Shown: positions 1 to 11,069 of the stretch, one piece after another
Layout: each line of letters starts with the position of its first letter
Numbering within the stretch: the stretch's first letter is position 1
Position numbers and translations under genes: made by a program
Assembly: GCA_964016885.1 (NCBI GenBank)
Contig: OZ024744.1
Coordinates: 91,636,001 to 91,700,000, forward strand
DNA: 64,000 nt
Source: Eledone cirrhosa
Lineage: Eukaryota
Direction of reading: 5' to 3'
The notes under the pieces: generated by a model
What the model was told of the DNA's origin: nothing
Seen by the model: only the letters and a program-made list of their open reading frames with translations
The model's database searches: none

Positions 1-639
1 TAGGTATATGGAAGCGGGTATAGACCACTTATAAACACTTGTAGTTCTCATATACAACATATAGAAAATCCAACACCTTAGTGTAACGGAGAAACTAAGA
101 AAATCTGCAGCAGCAGGAAAAGGTTAAAAGTAAAGGGATTAGGTAACTCCTGATGGAATAAATGTCAAGCTGTGTGTGTGTGTGTCTGTGTGTGTGTGTG
201 TGTGAGAGTATGTGTGCCGTGATACATGGTGTGTCTTAGGCATTTTTTTCCAACCTGGTGAAGTACATCCCTTTTCAGTTTGAAACATGGCCCCTATTTC
301 TTCTATAGAGAGGGGGAGTAAGAGAGAGAGAGAGAGAGAGATGAGAGAGTGAGCAGGAAAGAGGAGAGGAGAGAGAGGGAGGGGAGAGAGAAAGAGAAGG
401 AGATAGGGAGAAAGAGAAAAAGGAAGAAAGGAGAGAGGTGGCAAGGAAGAGAGAGACTGACTGACTTACCCAGCCTCAGTACTGCTACAACTTTATTTAT
501 CAACAACTTTGTAAGGATGAAACAGTAAAGTCAACTTGACCCCTTGACATCAGAGTAGGTTTTAAGGGACATGTTTTAATAAAGCAATTCTAATATCTCT
601 TCAAGTTCACCATCTTTTGGTGGTGTTACACAGGAGAGA

Positions 640-765
640 AGAGAGAGGGAGAGTTACAGACTAACAAAAGAGAGAGAGAGAGAAAGAGAGAGTTACACAC
701 TAGCAAGAGAGAGAGAGAGAGTTACAGACAAACAAGAGAGAGATAGAGAAAGAGAGAGAGAAGGT

Positions 766-799
<34 letters not shown>

Positions 800-806
800 A
801 CAGACT

Positions 807-868
<62 letters not shown>

Positions 869-1145
869 ACACACTAGCAAGAGAGAGAGAGAGTTACAGA
901 CAAACAAGAGAGAGGTAGAGACAGAGAAAGAGAAGGTGAAGAGAGAGAGAGAGAGTTACAGACTAACAAGAGAGAGAGATAGAGAAGGTGAAGAGAGAGA
1001 GAGAGTTTCAGACTAACAAGAGAGAGAGATAAAGAGAAGGTGAAGACAAAGAGAGTTACAGACTAACAAGAGAAAGAGAGAGAGAGAGAAGGTGAAGAGA
1101 GAGAGAGAGAGAGAGAGAGTTACAGACTAACAAGAGAGAGAGATA
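640..1145. repeat. (GA)n-embedded minisatellite with GAGTTACAGACTAACAAG anchor
   Basis: Anchor recurs about 9 times, separated by variable (GA)n and agagaaggtgaag blocks. Confidence 0.85.
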
Positions 1146-1414
1146 GATGTATGTATTTATGTATGTGTGTATGTATGTGTGTATGTGTATGAATATATAT
1201 ATATATGTATGTATTAGTTATACTATTTATGGTTATGTAAATACAAAACCTTAAGCAGTTGTAAGTATTTTACACACACCCTAAATAGTGGTAGGCAGTA
1301 ATGTATTACTACCTTATTACCAGTAAGTTAAGTAGCTCAATGTAAAAACATCAGATGATTTACAGAGCAGTTATATGAAATATAAGAATCAAAGAACTGT
1401 TCAAAACATTATTG

Positions 1415-1461
1415 TGCTTACAGCTGTTTCCTCCAAACCGAGGTTTGGATTCTTCGGAGCA
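1415..1461 (-). ncRNA. Minimal type-I hammerhead ribozyme (mirror copy of 2028-2074)
   Basis: Reverse complement of 2028-2074. Confidence 0.7.
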
Positions 1462-2027
1462 ATTTATTAATGCATGGACAGTTATATGACCTCCTTTTCA
1501 GCCGAGAGACATACCAATACATATTCAAACATTGATACATATTCAAACATTGTGGGTCAACATTCATTACAGAATTTAGAGTGGCAGTACACACTTCGAG
1601 ATTACATTTATATTAATATTAATAGGTACAATCAAAAATCAAAGATATAGGTTAAAGTACAACATGAAGATAAGTGGTTATATAGTGCAAATGTTATATG
1701 TGTGGCACACTTATTTACCTACCTAAGTGCCTCTACCACACATATCTCTCTGCCACACTATATAAACAAGACGCACATGCGTGCCACACATATAACATTT
1801 GCACTATATAACCACTTATCTTCATGTTGTACTTTAACCTATATCTTTGATTTTTGATTGTACCTATTAATATTAATATAAATGTAATCTCGAAGTGTGT
1901 ACTGCCACTCTAAATTCTGTAATGAATGTTGACCCACAATGTTTGAATATGTATCAATGTTTGAATATGTATTGGTATGTCTCTCGGCTGAAAAGGAGGT
2001 CATATAACTGTCCATGCATTAATAAAT

Positions 2028-2074
2028 TGCTCCGAAGAATCCAAACCTCGGTTTGGAGGAAACAGCTGTAAGCA
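2028..2074 (+). ncRNA. Minimal type-I hammerhead ribozyme (U4C core variant)
   Basis: tgct|CCGAAGA|a tccaaacc-tc-ggtttgga g|GAAA|cagctg (palindromic helix III)|TA|agca. Confidence 0.7.
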
Positions 2075-2231
2075 CAATAATGTTTTGAACAGTTCTTTGA
2101 TTCTTATATTTCATATATGTATGTATGTACATATATATGTGTATGTATGTGTGTATGTATATATGTATTATATATGTATGTATATGTACGTATATATGTG
2201 TGTATATATATATATATTTATATATATGTAT

Positions 2232-2428
2232 ATAGGAAAAAGTATGACCCCGACGGCAGAGCTCAAGCCGTTTCGACGGCTATTTCTGGACTCAGAAGTA
2301 GCCGTCGAAACGGCTTGAGCTCCGACATCGGGGTCATACTTTTTCCTATTTCCCACTCTACTACCCTAAGTATTGAGTACTCTGGTGCGTTATGGTCCAT
2401 CTGGTTCCTTACCACAATTCCTTTGTTA
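2232..2428. repeat. Imperfect ~118-bp palindrome plus dispersed-repeat tail
   Basis: 2232-2349 is self-complementary (ataggaaaaagtatgacccc...ggggtcatactttttcctat); 2345-2428 recurs inverted at about 59990-60075. Confidence 0.75.
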
Positions 2429-2550
2429 TATATGTATGTATATATATATATATATATTTCAATTTAGTAGTCAAATACTAAGTAGTCAATTTAGTAGTCA
2501 AATACTAGTAGTCAAATATTAAGCTCTAAGAAAATACTTCTGAGCATTAC

Positions 2551-2669
2551 AGTACAATTTAAAAAAATATAATCAACACTAATGTGTTTATTTCTATCTG
2601 GCTAAAAAATTATTGTCATTTTGCAGAAAAAAAACACATTAGTGTTGATTATATTTTTTTAATTGTACT
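2551..2669. repeat. Short inverted repeat (~39-bp arms)
   Basis: agtacaatttaaaaaaatataatcaacactaatgtgttt / aaacacattagtgttgattatatttttttaattgtact. Confidence 0.75.
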
Positions 2670-2689
2670 ATATATATGTATGTATGTAT

Positions 2690-2988
2690 CAGTGGCGAAG
2701 TTAAACCTGGAAAGCAGGTCATGCAGTCCAATCGCCATGGCAGAAAGTGGGGCTGTGCATCCTTACACCGCCCCCCCCCCCCCCCCAATTCCCTCTAAAT
2801 GACCCTCCCGGTCAAAGCCGCATGTAGTGTTATCTAGTGTGTGTGTGTGTGTGTGTGTGTTATCTTTTTATGTGTCTATACGTTTTAGTAAGCAGCCAAA
2901 GTTCTGCCTGCTTCAACCGACGAAATTGATCAACTCAAGATTCTATAACGCATGCACTGCATGCGTTGCATGCAGTGACCCTTCGCCC

Positions 2989-2991
<3 letters not shown>
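2690..2991. mobile_element. Non-autonomous DNA transposon (MITE), CAG(T/G)GGCGAAG termini
   Basis: cagtggcgaag ... cttcgcccctg terminal inverted repeats, AT on both flanks. Confidence 0.55.
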
Positions 2992-3029
<38 letters not shown>

Positions 3030-3429
3030 CAGTCTGTCTGTGTTTGTATTTGTGTTTACATTGGTCTAAAAATAAAAACCCTTTGAACATATGCAAGAGT
3101 TTTGTACTAGGGCTCTTATGTAGATTAGCGTCCCCTTTCCTTCCTAACAAACGCAGTCAGTTATCTTCGTCTCAGAGAAAGGCAGGGAATGGAGGGGGGG
3201 GGGCTAACCTTGATACATTATTAAGAGTTTTGTACTTGGCTCTTGTGTACATTAGCTACCCCTTCATGTTGTGGTAGATATACAACATATATATACATAG
3301 ATTTCCTTCTATAAAGCTACAACAACTGTTGTGAGGGAAGGTGAAAGCAAGGGAGAGAGGGAACTGATGGATGTTGTTTATTTATACATCAGACTTTCAG
3401 TCTATTTGATCCTTCATGATTTCTGCACA

Positions 3430-3468
3430 GGCACGCATACCCACATAAACACACACACACACACGACT

Positions 3469-3541
<73 letters not shown>

Positions 3542-3606
3542 GAGCAGCATTTACACATACAGACATACATGAGCGCGCATACACGCACAGCGGTATATAC
3601 ACAACA

Positions 3607-3645
<39 letters not shown>

Positions 3646-3738
3646 CACACACACACACAGCGGTATACATACACAGGCACGCACACACGCATACAAACAT
3701 ACATGAGCATACACACACACACACAACGGCATACTCAT

Positions 3739-3775
<37 letters not shown>

Positions 3776-4545
3776 GTCATATTCACACACACAATGTCAT
3801 ATTCACACACATACGCACACACACACACATACAACGGCATACTCACACACACAGACAACGGCATACTGACACACACACATATACAGGCATACACACAAAC
3901 ACATACCTACAATGACATAGACACACATATACGGGTATGCACAAGTACACACAGACACACACACACACACACACACATATTCGGGAATGCATATAGGAAT
4001 ACATTCGGGACACACATACAGGCATACAGGAGCACACACACACACACAATTATATACACAAGCATGCACACTTGCACATATAGACATATACGAGCACACA
4101 TAATACACATACAGACACAACAGCATATACCCACATATAAAGGCATGCACACACGCACATAGACTCATTACACACACACACACACATTCACATATACCAA
4201 CATAGTAGCACATACAGCATGCACACATGCACATACAGACATACATGAATACACACACATGCATAAAGACATACAACAGCACACACACACACACATAGAC
4301 ATGCGCACACACACACACACATACAGGCATACACAAGCAGACATACACACACTTACTGACAGACATGCACCAGCACACACACACATACACATGCACACGC
4401 ACCAGCGTGCATATGCATACATATATACATACATACACATACATACACACATACACACACAGACATGCATACACATACATACATACATACACTCATACAC
4501 ACATACACACACACACACATGCATATGTTGTTTGTGTGTGTGCGT
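3430..4545. repeat. (CT)n/(TA)n/(CA)n compound and degenerate microsatellite
   Basis: Direct reading. Confidence 0.95.
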
Positions 4546-4592
4546 GAGAAGGGGGAAGGAATTCAGAGGTTGGATTCTTGAGCTCTAATATA

Positions 4593-4835
4593 TTGTGAGT
4601 TCAATTCTCAGACTGGGTGATGTGTTGCTTCCTTGAGCAAGACACTTTATTTCACATTGCTCCAGTTATCTCAGCTGTAGAAATGAGATGATAGGACTGG
4701 GGTCGCTATCATTCCACTGCAAAGTGGTCGTGGAGGTGCCACGGCAAAAAAGCACGCAGCCCACACTGTAAAGTGGACGTGTATGTATATATATATAAAC
4801 AATAATATACTAGACCTCAAGAATCCAACCTATGA

Positions 4836-4866
<31 letters not shown>

Positions 4867-5155
4867 TGAAGGCACATGGCTTAGTGGAAAGGTTGTGAGT
4901 TCAATTCTTTGACACTTTATTTCACATTGCTCCAGTTTACTCAGCTGTAGAAATGAGATGATAGGGACTAGGGTCCATATCATTCCACTGCAAAGTGGTC
5001 GTGGAGGTGCCACGGCAAAAAAGCACTCAGCACTCACTGTAAATGAGGTTGGTGTTAGGAAGGGCATCTAGCTGTAGAAATCAAGCCAGAATCAGTTCCC
5101 ATCCCACCCTTGCAAGCAGGGAAAAGCGGACGTAAAATGATGATGATGATGATAT
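4593..5155 (+). mobile_element. Two tRNA-derived SINEs, family A (ccttgagcaagacactt core, RTE-type tail, (ATG)n end)
   Basis: Partial copy about 4593-4785; second copy 4870-5155 with A-box-like tggcttagtgg, B-box-like gagttcaattc, tail ggaagggcatc and (atg)n. Confidence 0.85.
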
Positions 5156-5260
5156 ATATATATATATACATATATCATCATCATCATCATCATTTTAACG
5201 TCCAACTTTCACGCTAGCATGGGTTAGAAGGGTTTGGCCCATTTAAGTGAGCGTGTCTCG

Positions 5261-5296
<36 letters not shown>

Positions 5297-5298
<2 letters not shown>

Positions 5299-5586
5299 TG
5301 TATGTATGGTAATATTTGGCAATATACCCGTATGTTTAATTAAAAACATTTTGACGACCTTGCGCTATCATTTTAAAATAGTGACTATGTCACTTACTTC
5401 TTTTTTCGGCAAAGGAAGGGAGAGAAGCTGACAGATCTGTTTCACACTGTTGGTGTTCCTCAGAGCAACGTACTCCCCACCAAGAAGTAAGTGACATAGT
5501 CACTACTTTAAAATGATAGCGCAAGGTCTTCAAAATGTTTTTAATTAAAGATACGGTATATTGCCAAATATTACTATGCATACATT
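5297..5586. mobile_element. Fold-back element, ~105-bp arms, hammerhead in the spacer
   Basis: 5297-5402 pairs with 5482-5586 with a few mismatches. Confidence 0.8.
5427..5466 (-). ncRNA. Minimal type-I hammerhead ribozyme, canonical core and GUC site
   Basis: Minus strand: gct|CTGAGGA|acac-caaca-gtgt|GAAA|cagatctg (palindrome)|TC|agc. Confidence 0.85.
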
Positions 5587-5670
5587 TATGTATACATCGC
5601 TATTTCAGAGCACCAATCCTAATATATATATATATTATTTAATTACATAATAAACAACACAATATAATTA

Positions 5671-5739
5671 TTCCATTACCAAAGGTTTCAGGAGACTAGA
5701 CATTCCTTACAGAAACGTCCAGTACGTTCATCAGATGAA
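5671..5739 (-). ncRNA. Type-I hammerhead ribozyme with extended helix II
   Basis: Minus strand: ttcat|CTGATGA|acgt actggacgtttc-tgtaa-ggaatgtctagt ctcct|GAAA|cctttgg|TA|atgga. Confidence 0.7.
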
Positions 5740-5768
5740 ATAGTTATGATATAACATTTGAAATTAAT

Positions 5769-5959
5769 TGTTTCTACGTTTGGCACAAGGCCAGCAATTA
5801 CCCAGAGCATTACTGGTACTTTATTTTATCGACCCCGTAAGGATGAAAGGCAAAGTTAACCTCGGCGGGATTTGAACTCAGAATGGCAAGGGCCGTAACT
5901 CTATACGTCAAAGCATGGCGTCCGACCCTCTACCGATACTGGCAATCCACCGCCCTTAT
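5769..5959 (-). mobile_element. tRNA-derived SINE, family B (Nin/Deu-domain-like) with 20-bp TSD
   Basis: Minus-strand motif gcctttcatccttacggggtcgataaaataaagtaccag; atataacatttgaaattaat duplicated on both flanks. Confidence 0.9.
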
Positions 5960-6255
5960 ATATAACATTTGAAATTAATATCTATTAAATATGTGAGTTA
6001 AAATGGAAAAAATATATATACATGTACACACACATCTAAATATACATACATGTACACACACATCTAAATATACATACATGTACACACACATCTAAATATA
6101 CATACATGTACACACATAAAAATACATGTGGGCATCTATACATACATCCAATTACACTCTTACATAAGTATATAATAACATCACATGCTCACACATGGAT
6201 ACAGATATACAGACACACACACATAAGCATGCACATACATCATACACACAGACTC

Positions 6256-6286
<31 letters not shown>

Positions 6287-6418
6287 AGCACTTCATATGA
6301 ACATTTAAGTGCAAGCTAAAAAGTGAAATTGAATGACTTTTTGGAAATTGCAAAAAATGAATAAAATAAAATAGAATAAAATAAAAATAAAAAATTAAAT
6401 AAATTAAATTCGAATAAA

Positions 6419-6478
<60 letters not shown>

Positions 6479-6679
6479 TAAAAATTAAATAAAATAAAAA
6501 TAAAAATAAAATAAAATAAACTTAAATTAAATATAACGGTAGTATAAACATTTCCTAGTCTTAGATATCTTGTCATGTCATGCTATGTTATGACAAGGAA
6601 CCTATGATTCCTGATGGAGTGAAGTGATAGAAGTGCTGTTATGACATATATATATATATACAGTAGTATTTCTTGGGCA

Positions 6680-7008
6680 TTGATGGATTGGCAGAATCGG
6701 CAGAACGCCAGGCAACATACTTCATAACACAGAGTTATGACTCTTTACAATCTTTGCAGTATTTATTTCAGCTCTCTGCTCCATGAGTTCAAATCCCGTT
6801 GAGGTTTGCTTTGCCTGTCATCCATACGGGGGTGGAGGTGGGGGGTCGATAAAATAAAGTACCAGTTATGCACTGGGGTTGATTTCATTGACTTTTTCTA
6901 TGCCCCCCCGTAAAAAAATTGTTGGCATCGTGCGTAAATCAGATACCATTATTTTAAACCTGATGGAGTTCATCTCCTCTCCACGTCTAAAACAACATGG
7001 ATTTCTTC

Positions 7009-7046
<38 letters not shown>

Positions 7047-7195
7047 GGAGACGTAAAAGATATAGATGAAAAAATCCACCCCAGTATTGGACAGTATTGG
7101 GCTAGACTGGTACTTTTCTTTATTGGTCTTGAAAAGATGAAAAGTAAAGTTGACCTTGGTGGGATTTGAACTCAGACCATAGAATGTCCAGTGTT
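6680..7195. mobile_element. Older diverged family-B-like SINE copies (+ then -)
   Basis: gagttcaaatcccgttgaggt...gtcgataaaataaagtaccag at 6785-6865; inverse fragment 7080-7195. Confidence 0.65.
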
Positions 7196-7197
7196 CT

Positions 7198-7199
<2 letters not shown>

Positions 7200-7228
<29 letters not shown>

Positions 7229-8215
7229 GTTTAAATGTCTATCTTCCACGCTAGCATGGGTTTAGATGGGAATTGTCCTACTTGAGGCAAGATTAGTCGG
7301 GTGACCATGTCTCGCTCGTATAGGACTGTCTGGCAGGTTTTCTATGGCTGGATGCCCTTCCTAACACCAACCACGTTTACAGTATGGACTGGGAGCTTTT
7401 TACCGTGTTACCTACATGACCACTATACAGTGTGGACTGTGTGTTCTTTTGTCGTGACACCTACATGATCTCATTAGTTTGGACTGAATGTTGTGGTACC
7501 AACATAACTTTACAGAGGTAAAGTTAGGTTGCTGGGGTGAGGGAGTGGGAGGAAGGGTGTATATTTGGTTAAGAGGTGCCTACTGACTGTAGGTTTCACT
7601 TTGTGCATAGGCAAGGTGGGTCTACTGTATTACTGCGTAGCACCAAAGATCTCGGTCCAGTGACATTGTCTTGGAGAGGTGAAAGTGTGTAAGGTCAGAA
7701 TTTATCAAATCGTCCCAGGTTTTTCTGGGTCTACCTACTCCGTAACTTCCATCAATTTTGATTGCCCTGTCCTTTTTTATACTGCTGTCGTCTTTCATGC
7801 ACATTACGTAACCATACCAACGTAGTCTTCTCTCGAGTAAACAACATCTGATCCCTGTTATTCCTAATTTCTCACTTAGTTCATTTATGCTTTGCCGTTC
7901 ACGTATATTACTATTTCACATCTAATGGAGCATGGATGCTTCGTTTCTCTCCAGTCTGCGCAGATGCTCTGCACACAAAGCCCATGTCTCACTGCCATGT
8001 AGCATTGCTGTTCGTATGCAGGCATCATACAGCCTGCCTTTCATTTTTAGAGAGAAACCTTTAGTGGCCAATAGTGGGATAAGCTCTCTGAACTTTTTCC
8101 ATCCCGTTCTGACTCTAGCTACTTTACTTTCAGAGCACCCTCCACCACTGCTGATTTTGTCACCCAGGTAACGGAAGGTGTCCACTATTTCTATAGAACC
8201 ATCTGGGTAATAGAA
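7200..8215 (-). mobile_element. 5'-truncated RTE-clade LINE (RT C-terminus, 3'UTR, (ATG)n tail)
   Basis: IEIVDTFRYLGDKIS...KGRLYDACIRTAMLHGSETWAL...GRPRKTWDD; disrupted. Confidence 0.9.
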
Positions 8216-8397
8216 GGAGGACTCTGCCAATTTGTTGCTTATGGCCACCCATGCCCATTCTGCAGAGAATTGGCATGAATACTGCAAAACAATCTATCAG
8301 ACTCTGCTAATTCACTCCTTTATGTGTCTCTCACCATATCCGTTTTTTCAGTTGTCTAAAAATCTCTTTAGAAGTGTTGACTGTATCTTCTTTACAC

Positions 8398-8475
8398 CTG
8401 TTGACGAGCCCTGAGAGGGTATAGTACCAACCTTGTTTATGGCGAAACATTCTCTTCTTTGAGATTGTCCCGCTG
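8398..8475 (+). ncRNA. Degenerate hammerhead-like motif (C3U core)
   Basis: TTGACGA gcc...ggc GAAA ca-ttctc-ttcttt-gaga-ttg TC; helix I poorly paired. Confidence 0.4.
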
Positions 8476-8733
8476 TTTTATAGTTATAAAGGTGGGTTTG
8501 TACATTTTAATTTACCTTTTAATTATTATGTACTTTCCACACTTTTCATAGACTTTATATTCTTCACTCTAGTGGTTCTCTACCCCTTGCAATTGAAAAC
8601 ATACTCTTTTTGTATTTTCTTCTCTACATACTGTATTATGAAGAGCCCTGTACTTATTCCTTGAGCTCATTAAATTACAGGGGATTAACGCGAGTCTTTC
8701 ACTTTTTTTCATTTGATATATATATATATATAT

Positions 8734-9160
8734 ATTGTTATACTTTGGGAGGGTCATGTTGTCAATAAAAAACACGCGCACCTGTTAGTTTTCATTTCAA
8801 TTTATTACAAATTTCCGGTTGGTTGGTTGGTTGGTTGGTTTGTAAAACCGGATGTTTGTTTATTTATTTATCGTCAAAGCTCTTTCATCACACATTCTGT
8901 GACCTCCTCGGTGACTAATTTGTTATTTTCTGTCGATCCTTTGTTCTGTCCTACACTATCTTGTTTTTGTGTGTTGACAATAAATAAATAAACAACCATC
9001 CTGTTATAAACCAACCAACCAGAAATTTATAATAAATCGAAGTGAAAACCAACAGGTGTGTGTGTTTTTATTCGCAGCATGACCCTCCCAAAGTATAACA
9101 ATATCTGTTTCCACACACGTTTTCACATAAAAAATCTTGCAAAACAAATACAAAAACGAT
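8734..9160. mobile_element. Fold-back element of the attgttatactttgggagggtcatg family
   Basis: 8734-8877 pairs with 8974-9102; homologous to 32560-32780 and 35775-36809. Confidence 0.85.
8873..8915 (-). ncRNA. Minimal type-I hammerhead ribozyme
   Basis: Minus strand: gtca|CCGAGGA|g gtcaca-gaatg-tgtgat|GAAA|gagc|TT|tgac. Confidence 0.65.
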
Positions 9161-9226
9161 GTATATATATATATATATATCATCATCATCGATTAACGTC
9201 TATCTTCCATGCTAGCATGGGTTAGA

Positions 9227-9326
9227 CAGGGTGTCCCCCAAAAATGTATACACTTCAACAACATTCTAATAATTATTGCCTGTACAGGTAATCAAAGTGT
9301 GTATACATTTTTTGGGGGACACCCTA
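9227..9326. mobile_element. Tc1/mariner-type MITE (~100 bp)
   Basis: TIRs cagggtgtcccccaaaaatgtatacac / gtgtatacattttttgggggacaccct. Confidence 0.8.
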
Positions 9327-9371
9327 TATATTCGATGATGGTAGCTGCCTGGTAATGCTTCCCAAAAGGTC

Positions 9372-10365
9372 ACATGCACACACACACATGAACAGGTACA
9401 CATATGCACATTCACACACATGCATGCATACACACACATGCAAACATGTATAGGTACACACGTACACATACACACACATGCACACATGCATAGATACACA
9501 TGTACACATGCACATGTACACATGTACACACACACACACACACACAGCTGCACACATATACAGGTACACATGTAGACACACACATGCGCACATGCACAGG
9601 TACACACATGTACACCCACACACACATGCATGGAAGTACATTCACACACACAAACAGGCATTCACATACATGCATGTGCAAATACGCATGTGCACGTACA
9701 CATATACTCACACATTTACGCTCGCTGTACACACTGACAAAGATATGCACACACATATGCAAATACACATGTGCATACACACAAAAACACTCACACATAT
9801 AGACACATATTCACACATAAACACACACACACACACTCACATCGATATGCACACACAAATACACACTGGGGTACTTACACACACACATATCTGCACACAC
9901 AAGCATACACATTCACTCTCACTGACAGCCACCCATTCTCACATAAATATACATAGAGACACATTCACACATTTGCCCATAAAACACACAAGCATGGTCC
10001 CTGACAGATATGCACGTAACATATATGCACCTACACACACACACACATCTGCACACACAAGCATACACATTCAGTCTCACTGACAGCCACCCATTCTCAC
10101 ATAAACATACATAGAGACACATTCACACATTTGCCCATAAAACACACAAGCATGGTCCCTGACAGATATGCACGTAACATATATGCACCTACACACACAC
10201 ACACATCTGCACACACAAGCATACACATTCAGTCTCACTGACAGCCACCCATTCTCACATAAACATACATAGAGACACATTCACACATTTACCCATAAAA
10301 CACACAAGCATGGTCCCTGACAGATAATCACGTAACATATATGCACCTACACACACACACACATT
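9372..10365. repeat. Degenerate (CA)n region including a 158-bp unit in about 3 tandem copies (~9880-10360)
   Basis: ctcactgacagccacccattctcacata...catggtccctgacagata repeats at 158-bp spacing. Confidence 0.9.
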
Positions 10366-10445
10366 GATAAATAAAAAGATAGATAGTTAGAAATAGATAG
10401 GTAGGTAGACACAAACATAGATAGATAAATAGATAGATAGGTATA

Positions 10446-10932
10446 TTTCTTTATTAGCCACAAGGGCACACAAGAAGGGGACAAGTATAATGGGGGGAGT
10501 TTACATTCAATAAAAACGTGTAAAACAATATCACAGATGAAAATTAAAGAAAAACATTCGATTTTCCCCAATAGGGGGGGAGACATTAACTATGGGTAAA
10601 AAAAATGTGCAACCCTCATCTCCAGGAGTACGAAGAGTTTGTACACTTTTCCTCTCCTCCTCCTTTTCCTCAACCTACAGGCTTATATAGAGAGAAAGCC
10701 CATTCACTCGGGCCATTCTCGCCACTTTCACCCACCTTTCATAAAACTTGCTGGGGTACAGCACCTCTCTCTCCATCCTGATTCTTCTTCCAAAGTGATA
10801 TTTGAAAAAAAAGAATCAGTTGTTGGCTGGAGAGAAAGGTGTCTGACCTCAGCCCTTTTAACCTCGTCCACCATACAACCTCTTTCACCATAGCTATCAC
10901 ACAAAGTAAAACCGCCTCTCCTTTGTTTTTGA
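10446..10932 (-). mobile_element. Tx1-clade LINE 3' fragment (family 2)
   Basis: VIAMVKEVVWWTRLKGLRSDTFLS; poly(A) signal in gtggctaataaag; (TATC)n tail. Confidence 0.85.
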
Positions 10933-10980
10933 AGATAGATGGATAGATAGATAGACAAACAAACAGATAGATAGCTGGGG

Positions 10981-11031
<51 letters not shown>

Positions 11032-11069
11032 CGGGGAGATAGATAGATAGGTAAGAAGGAAGATAGATA

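Larger units (their letters stand above)
1372..2117. mobile_element. Fold-back element with 337-bp inverted arms and 72-bp spacer; Penelope-like inverted pLTR candidate
   Basis: 1372-1708 is the reverse complement of 1781-2117 with no mismatch seen by eye; each arm holds a hammerhead motif; flanked by TA-rich microsatellite. Confidence 0.8.

Noticed and set aside
465-545. Minus-strand splice donor and exon
   Set aside because: Sequence resembles a decayed family-B SINE tail
8636-8700. Hammerhead-like atgaagagccctgta...tacagggg
   Set aside because: Lacks GAAA and helix I; too degenerate to call
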